A stretch of 64,000 nucleotides of DNA from Paraspadella gotoi (lineage: Eukaryota > Animalia > Chaetognatha), in contig CM119266.1 in assembly GCA_051294375.1 (NCBI GenBank), positions 6,155,431 through 6,219,430 of the forward strand, read 5' to 3'. The translations under genes and the position numbers were made by a program. The notes beneath the pieces are model-generated. The model was not told the origin of the DNA, ran no database searches, and worked only from the letters and a program-made list of their open reading frames with translations. The stretch's first letter is position 1. Every line of letters starts with the position of its first letter. Positions 57,360 to 64,000 of this stretch are shown piece after piece.

Positions 57360-59079
57360 CTCTGAAACGGTATCCTAACCGGAAGTAAAGTGACGAGAAT
57401 GCGGGAAACTAATATATTGACGGAAGGAAAATCTATACGGAGACAAAAATGAGGGTAAAAAAAAGGGAGAGAAACGAGTAGGAGAAGAGAGAAAGGTGTA
57501 CTGAATCTCGTGAACGCGGCCCCTGGGAGGAGGATGAAGAGGAGGTGAATGAGAAGGAGGGGGTAATAGACCCGCGTCTGTCTATCACCTTATATACTGT
57601 ACTATTTTTTTGTTAATTATTGGTACGGGGACTTTATTTTTGTCTTCTGGAAATGCCATTCACATGTGCACTCTGCACTTTGAACTTCTGCAGGGTCAGA
57701 AAACGTTGTGCCGCAAAAAAATTATATCGAGAAAATTGCTGTTTCTGTTTTTTATTCGTCGGTTTTAAAATCCGATGACAAATTTGTTGGCGCCATTTGT
57801 TTTAATAATTAAAAAAATATCAGAGAAGCACTAGACGTCGCTCGTCGCAATGAACGCAATTTTTAAACCTTAAAAAAATACTTTTGACTCCTACAATAAT
57901 AAAAAATATTACAATTAGTTTTCTCAAGAAGCCTTTCAAAAATTGTGTTTTTTCCACCGCACGGAAAAAACAAACAAAAAAAGGTGTTTTTTATCTGTTT
58001 TTTTTATCGACAGATCGTTATTTCTTTCTCCGAAGAACATTTTATCATTTCAATCTCAGTGAGTTTTCTTCTCTTGAGATCTAATCTCCTTCCTAAAAAA
58101 ATCCTGACGACAAGAAGACAAGATTTATCAGAACTTTAATTTCTCACACTCGTGTTCACAGTTGTGATAATGTATTAATCCTTGCATTATTCTCTCTTGG
58201 GAAGTCATTTCTCACAGCCTTGTTTCAAGTTGTGATAATGTATCAAATTATTGTATTATTCCCGCTTTAATTTACATAATCCGAAGACAAGTCTATAATT
58301 CCAATTTATCCAGTTTATCCAGTGAAGATATCCATTGGCTGTGAAGATATTGTGAACGTTAGACAAACCCACCAATTGCCGATTGAACTTACTTTATGCC
58401 AATTTGCCCCAAAACTTCATCAATATAAATCAGTTCATTCAACTCGTCTTTATCTCAAACGATTAATAATCAAGCGCATCTTCTCAAGTAGAAGAGAAAA
58501 TCGCAAAAAGTCAATTTGCATCTTGATTTTAATTCGATTCGCGTCGATGAAATGCGAAAAGAAGAAGAGAGAAGAAATCTTAAGGGACGCATCTCTTCTT
58601 TCTGCTTACCTGTTTTGTTCATTACTCTGAATTAGCATTTCTTATTTTATATCAAAAACAATATTAACAATAATAAAAAGCAGTAGTCATTTATGATTTT
58701 AAAACGCTTAACGAATAATAACTAAACTGAGAACAAAAAAATAAATTTCATTTCATTTTATTTATTATTATTAGAATTTTAGTTTTTATTTATACGCATT
58801 TCTTAAAACACCATGATTTTGTTACTTCTCCCTCTCACAGTATTATGAAAAACGAAAAACGAAAATGTTTAATCAGTACAGTGATAAGAATAAATAATTC
58901 ATTAATACTTGGAAGCATTTAAAATATAAACATTTTTAGAATTAGTGGAGACAAGAAAATTGGATCCTTTAAACTGAAGATTTTGATGCAAATTGGATTT
59001 TTCGATTTGCTTTGCTTCACATTTTGGGTTGTTATTTATTATTTGTTAGCTTTTTTAGAGAGAGAGAGAGAGGAGAAGA

Positions 59080-59173
<94 letters not shown>

Positions 59174-59965
59174 CCAAAATGGCAATGAATAAATTCTCGA
59201 AATAAATTCCATTGTCGATTCGAATTTGTCTGAACATTTAAAGTCAGAAAAAATCGCTTTACCTAAAAAATATCAAAAAACTTTGACAAACAACTCGTTG
59301 AAAAAGATCGATTTGGTTGATGAAGTCGGTCGGTCGGTCTATTGTATCATCTATCTGTACAGACAACAATGACTATTATATACAAATTTTACTTGTAGTT
59401 TTTATTTAAGCTTCGTTTCCAAGGTAACTGTTATTTATTTATTTACTTTTTAATTTATTTATCTATTTATTTATTTATTTTTCTATTTTTTTTAAGATTT
59501 TTTTCCTTTGACGTCAAAAACATTTTTTCTCTGAAGCGAATCACGGATCATTGGCGACGAGTTTTTTTTTCCTTCAGATTCCAATAAATTTGCATGAAAA
59601 ATGATTTTTTTTTTCTCTTTGCTTCTTTTCCTTGGTTACCGAGTTTTTCCACCACGGTTCGGACTTTTTTTTATTATGTCAATCTTTGTTTTATAAATAT
59701 TTACAACCTTTTATAAAGATAAAGACGAGGGAGTTTTCTGCGGGGGCTTGTTTGCTGAAATTGTAAAGATATCTGATAATTCTATTTTATTTGAGTATCA
59801 GTACGAAACTGAAAAAAAAATTTGCGCTTGTAAGTAATCGGTGCAACGTCGAGGAAATTGTCGAACTTTCTTTCTAAGGTAGCTGCCATTCATCTCAACA
59901 ATAAAACGAACCAATCACGATTGATTGAATGATTGCTTTAATCTCAAAAATGTCAAAAAATGTGA

Positions 59966-60240
59966 TTAAAATCTCTCTACTCTTCTTCCGTTGTAGTTCG
60001 GCGCTCTTCCCTCTCCTTCCGAATAATACTGCGAAGAAAAACTAAGTTTAAATCTAAAATAAAGATTTATTTATTTAATGAAAGTTGAAATCCTCGCCTG
60101 ATTATCAGGCGGTCCGCGGTAATAGACTTCGTTGTAACTATCGCGTTGAAATCCGCCGTTGATGTAAACTTTTGCTTCGGCGTTGGATGGAGCGTAGGGA
60201 CCGTAGCCTGTCGGGATGGAGGGAATCAATCAATCAATCG

Positions 60241-60281
<41 letters not shown>

Positions 60282-60859
60282 GGTTCAAACAAACAATAAT
60301 TAAAATTTAAAAAATTCAAGTCACTAGCTTTATAAGTGTTAAAATCTTATAATAATCTTTTAATAACTTTTAATACAAACAAGCATACTGATTTTAAATA
60401 GCGTTAAAAATTAAATTTATAGAATTCATAAAACTTCTCTTCAATTATCTCACCATTTTTAAGGTTTCTTCCGTAATCGCTGTTCGAATGTCGTTCCGGC
60501 TGCAATCGAAATCGCTTAAAATTAATGCAATTTTAACTAAATTTAAATAATGTTAATTATTTCAAATATGAGATGAAAACGATTTCTCAGTCACTCACTA
60601 TGGGAGACCGATCCTTTGCTCCGTAGAGTTTTCTCCAAGAGTCAATGCTGTAGTAATTGGACGAGATATAAAAATATCACTGAATTTTGATCAACATTTT
60701 TTTACAAATTAAATTAAAGTTAATTTCACAGTTTCTTAAATTATTCAATTTTTGTTTTTCTCCAAACTTGTTCTACTCTGTCTACTTTGAAACCGTCGAA
60801 ATCTTCATCCGAAAATCGCCGTTCAATATTTAAAGACGATTGCCAGTGAAAACGTGATG

Positions 60860-60896
<37 letters not shown>

Positions 60897-62743
60897 CTCT
60901 CTTCTCTCCTCTCTCTCCTCTGCTCTCTCTCTCATCCTCTCTCTCTCTCTCTCTCTCCCCTCACCTATCAGGGTCATGTCTATTGTACGCCTCCTCTTCG
61001 CTCCTAATCGTCGACTTTCTCTCGTCTCTCGTCTCCTGTCCCTCGATCTGTCGATCCATCGGTTGTCCGATCCGCGAGTCGGTCAGTCTGTCTCCCGATG
61101 GTCTCATCGCCTGAGCGATCAGCGTCTTTTGGAAAATCGATGGTTTTGGCTGCAAATTTGTTGTCGGGGAATTCGGAGTCAATTCTTCGTAGCTGAAGGA
61201 GTCGTTGGTGGAGGTCGGCGGGGGGGGGGAGTAATCAATAGTTTGATAAATTGTATTCAAAGCAAGAAATACTTTTGATTGTTGAAAGGACTTCGGGAAG
61301 AAATGAATTCATTTTTAAAAATAGAGGAAACTATTTTGAAAATGAAGGGGAAATTTAAAATTGAAATGGGAAATAATTTTGAGTGAAATATTAAAAAATG
61401 AAGAATAATTAAGATTGAAATGAAACAATGAAAATAAATCTGTAAAAGATGGAAAAATATGTGAAAATTAATTTTAAAATGAAAAATATTTTGGAATGTA
61501 AATGGAAAAATGCTAAATAACTTGGAAAAATTACCAAAAAAAAGCTAAAAGTTAAGAAATATGAAAAAGAAAAGCGATAATAGAAATTAATTTAAAATAA
61601 AATTGGCAAACATTTTTGAAAAACAAATCGTTAACTCGTATAAATTTATTGACAAGACGAGATTTTCAGGAAATAAAAAAAAAATAAAAATTTCCTCGAT
61701 TTAATCAAAATATTAAAAATTCGATTTTCAAAATTTATCGATTTTCGACAAAGAAAATTTCGTGGGGAAATTCTTTATATCATCGAATTTGAATGAAGGA
61801 AAATAAGAAAATAAATAATATTTATTTGGTTTTCTAAAACTTTTAGTAAAAGAATCGTTAATATTCCTTGATTTCGCGTAACAACTATTGGGATTAGACT
61901 ATTGAATTATTTTATATTGTTTATGCTTATTTCATTATTATTATTATTAACTGTCAGATTAACATTTACATTTATTAGATTTACAAGTCTTTTTCATTAA
62001 AATCCAGATTTAATCTTTTAAAACCCCAATAACAAATTGTTATCTTATTGAGTTTTTAATGTTAACTTTAAATTAAAGTTTAATCTGCTTATGTCAGAGG
62101 CCAGATGGGGGAAGGTTCATTCGAAAGGGGAAAGAAAAGGGAAAATTAGGATAAAAAAAAAATATACATATATAAATTCAAAATTATTTTAAAGATGAGA
62201 AAAAAAACAAACCCCCTCTGCCTTCTCCTACCTCTCACCCTCTCCCTCCCCTTCTTCCCCCTCTTCCTCTCCCCTCTCCCTCCCCACAACCCCCTCTCCC
62301 CTCCTACCCTCTCCCCTCTCCCTCCCCCTCTTCCCCCCTCTTCCTCTCCCCCTCTTCCCTCCCCACAACCCCCTCTCCCTCTCCTACCTCTCCCCTCTCC
62401 CTCCCCCTTATTCCCGCTTCCCTCGCATGTCTCTCCTCCTCCCTCTCCCCTCCTCCCTTCCACCCCTCCCCCTCTTTCCTCTCCCCTAGCCTCCCCTCCT
62501 CACACACCCCTCCCTTCTTCCTCTCCCTCTCCTCTTCCTGCCCCCTCTCCCTCCTACTGCTCCCCCTCCCCCTTCTTCCTCTCCCCCTCCTCCCTTCCCC
62601 ACAATCCCCTCTCCCTTCCCCTCCCCCCCTCCTGCCTCCCCTCCCTCTCCCTCTCCTCCCTCTTTCCTTTCCCTTCCCCCCCACTCTGGTTCAAGACCCT
62701 GTTTAAAGTCGCATGGGACTGACTTTCCTAAAAAAGTCGAATT
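59966..62743 (-). CDS. 3' exons of an unidentified gene encoding a Tyr-rich, low-complexity C-terminal tail
   Basis: Exons 62743-62685, 61192-60965, 60647-60599, 60499-60454, 60207-60098 and 60028-59966 join with consistent phases into an open frame: NSTFLGKSVPCDFKQGLEPDYEELTPNSP...IDSWRKLYGAKDRSPIPERHSNSDYGRNLKNGYGPYAPSNAEAKVYINGGFQRDSYNEVYYRGPPDNQYYSEGEGRAPNYNGRRVERF*. No family recognised. Confidence 0.6.
62210..62683. repeat. About 470-bp C-rich polypyrimidine / G-rich polypurine tract
   Basis: Almost exclusively C/T on the plus strand, with many C3-C6 runs. Intronic. Confidence 0.9.
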
Positions 62744-64000
62744 CTGGCAGGGATAGATGGTGAACTACGATTGGTTTCCGACAGTTATTTAATCCCAAAA
62801 ATAAATTGTTAAGATTTCTTCAACCTATTCTTTTTCTAGAACCTAACCTATCTATTTACATTGTCCTTAACCGAGTGTAAATTATTTTTTTTAACTTGAT
62901 ATCGTGTTCCCTTAACCAATTAATATTTTATTATAGTATGGCGATGGAAAGCTGCTTTCCTGCCTATAACCTTACACCAAAGCGTCAGAGCCTTTGAGAA
63001 AGGTTTTGTTTGTACGATGGTGCGTTTTCCTATACATTACCCCACCTAAAAAATTTTCTCCTCAAAATTCATAAAAAGTGCGTTTTTTTGAATTTCAAAG
63101 TGCTCGTTTAATCAGTAATCTGGAGGGATTTTTACAATTAGTTTTAAATGTTAGATTATGTCTCATTTACCTTGTATTAATGCGAAATTAAGCCATTATT
63201 ATTTTTATAGGAGGATGTGGATTTTCTCATTGAAGAGCTCTCTTATTGCAGGAATTATTTTTTATTTTCTACATAAATTAACTAGAAAAAAAGTAGAAAA
63301 CATTCCTCATTCTTTCAATTACTCGTTTAACCAGCGGTTTTTTAAATGACCAGGCATATTGGTACTTTTTATCCCACTAGAAAAAATGTTCCTAGATCAT
63401 CGGTTACTTAGCGATTTTTTAGCGATTTTATTTTAAATGAGATATAAGATTTCCATCAGGTTTGTTAAACTCGTAAAAAGTATATAAAGGAAGGATACGG
63501 GGAAATCTGAAACTCTATTTTTTTGTACGAAAAATTTGAAAAGAAGGGAAGACGAGGAGAAGAAAAAAAAGTAAAGGGAAGAAAGAGAGAGGAGGAGAGA
63601 GAGATGAGGAAAGAGAGAAAAAGAGAGAAAAGAAGAACTCGTGCCTGATAGAAAGCTGAGAGAGCTCGTGAGAGAGAGGAGAGAGAGAGAGTGAGTAAGA
63701 TAGAAAGAAAAGAAAAGAAAGAGTTAGTACGTGAGAGAAGAGAAAAGATTATTGGAAGGAAACAAATATATATAAAACGAAGTTCGGCTCTGCCAGCGGC
63801 GGTCCAGCGGTTGTGCAGTCTTCTCTCTATCTCTCTCTCTCTCTTTCTCCTCTCTCTCTCTGATTATTTTTTCCTTATTAAAAAACTTTTATTATCGCCA
63901 TTTATGTCCGCGCTTTCTCTCTTGACCTGGATTTTTTCGTGGCCTTGCGGGGGCCAATGAGTAAACAATGTCGAGGAACATGACCTAATAACGCGGTTCG

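Noticed and set aside
62146-62722. Pro-rich or Gly/Arg/Glu-rich ORFs
   Set aside because: Translation of a low-complexity C/T tract in an intron.

Overview
AT-rich, microsatellite-dense genomic DNA from an intron-rich eukaryote, almost certainly an invertebrate animal. The assembly is a draft with N-gaps and noisy segments. By manual splice-and-translate I find eight multi-exon genes: (1) an orphan 11-mer-repeat protein (+, about 2.3-3.1 kb); (2) an AQP4-like aquaporin (+, 9.5-15.8 kb); (3) a RASSF2/4/6-type gene (-, 17.4-25.0 kb); (4) a divergent aspartate-aminotransferase-family enzyme (-, 27.3-30.1 kb); (5) a divergent SLC16/MFS-like transporter (-, 34.4-41.7 kb); (6) cystathionine beta-synthase (+, 45.4-47.4 kb); (7) a divergent Rab3-like GTPase (-, 49.3-52.2 kb); (8) the 3' end of an unknown gene with a Tyr-rich tail (-, 60.0-62.7 kb). 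Non-coding content includes two copies of a tRNA-derived SINE, Helentron/HINE-like elements, a CCA-ended tRNA-Lys fragment between direct repeats next to a possible LTR, several minisatellites, a perfect 50-bp palindrome and a helically phased CCAAT array. Two large indel-riddled inverted duplications next to N-gaps are most likely fold-back read artefacts, but they preserve sequence missing from the gaps. All protein identities come from motif recognition by eye; no database searches were run.
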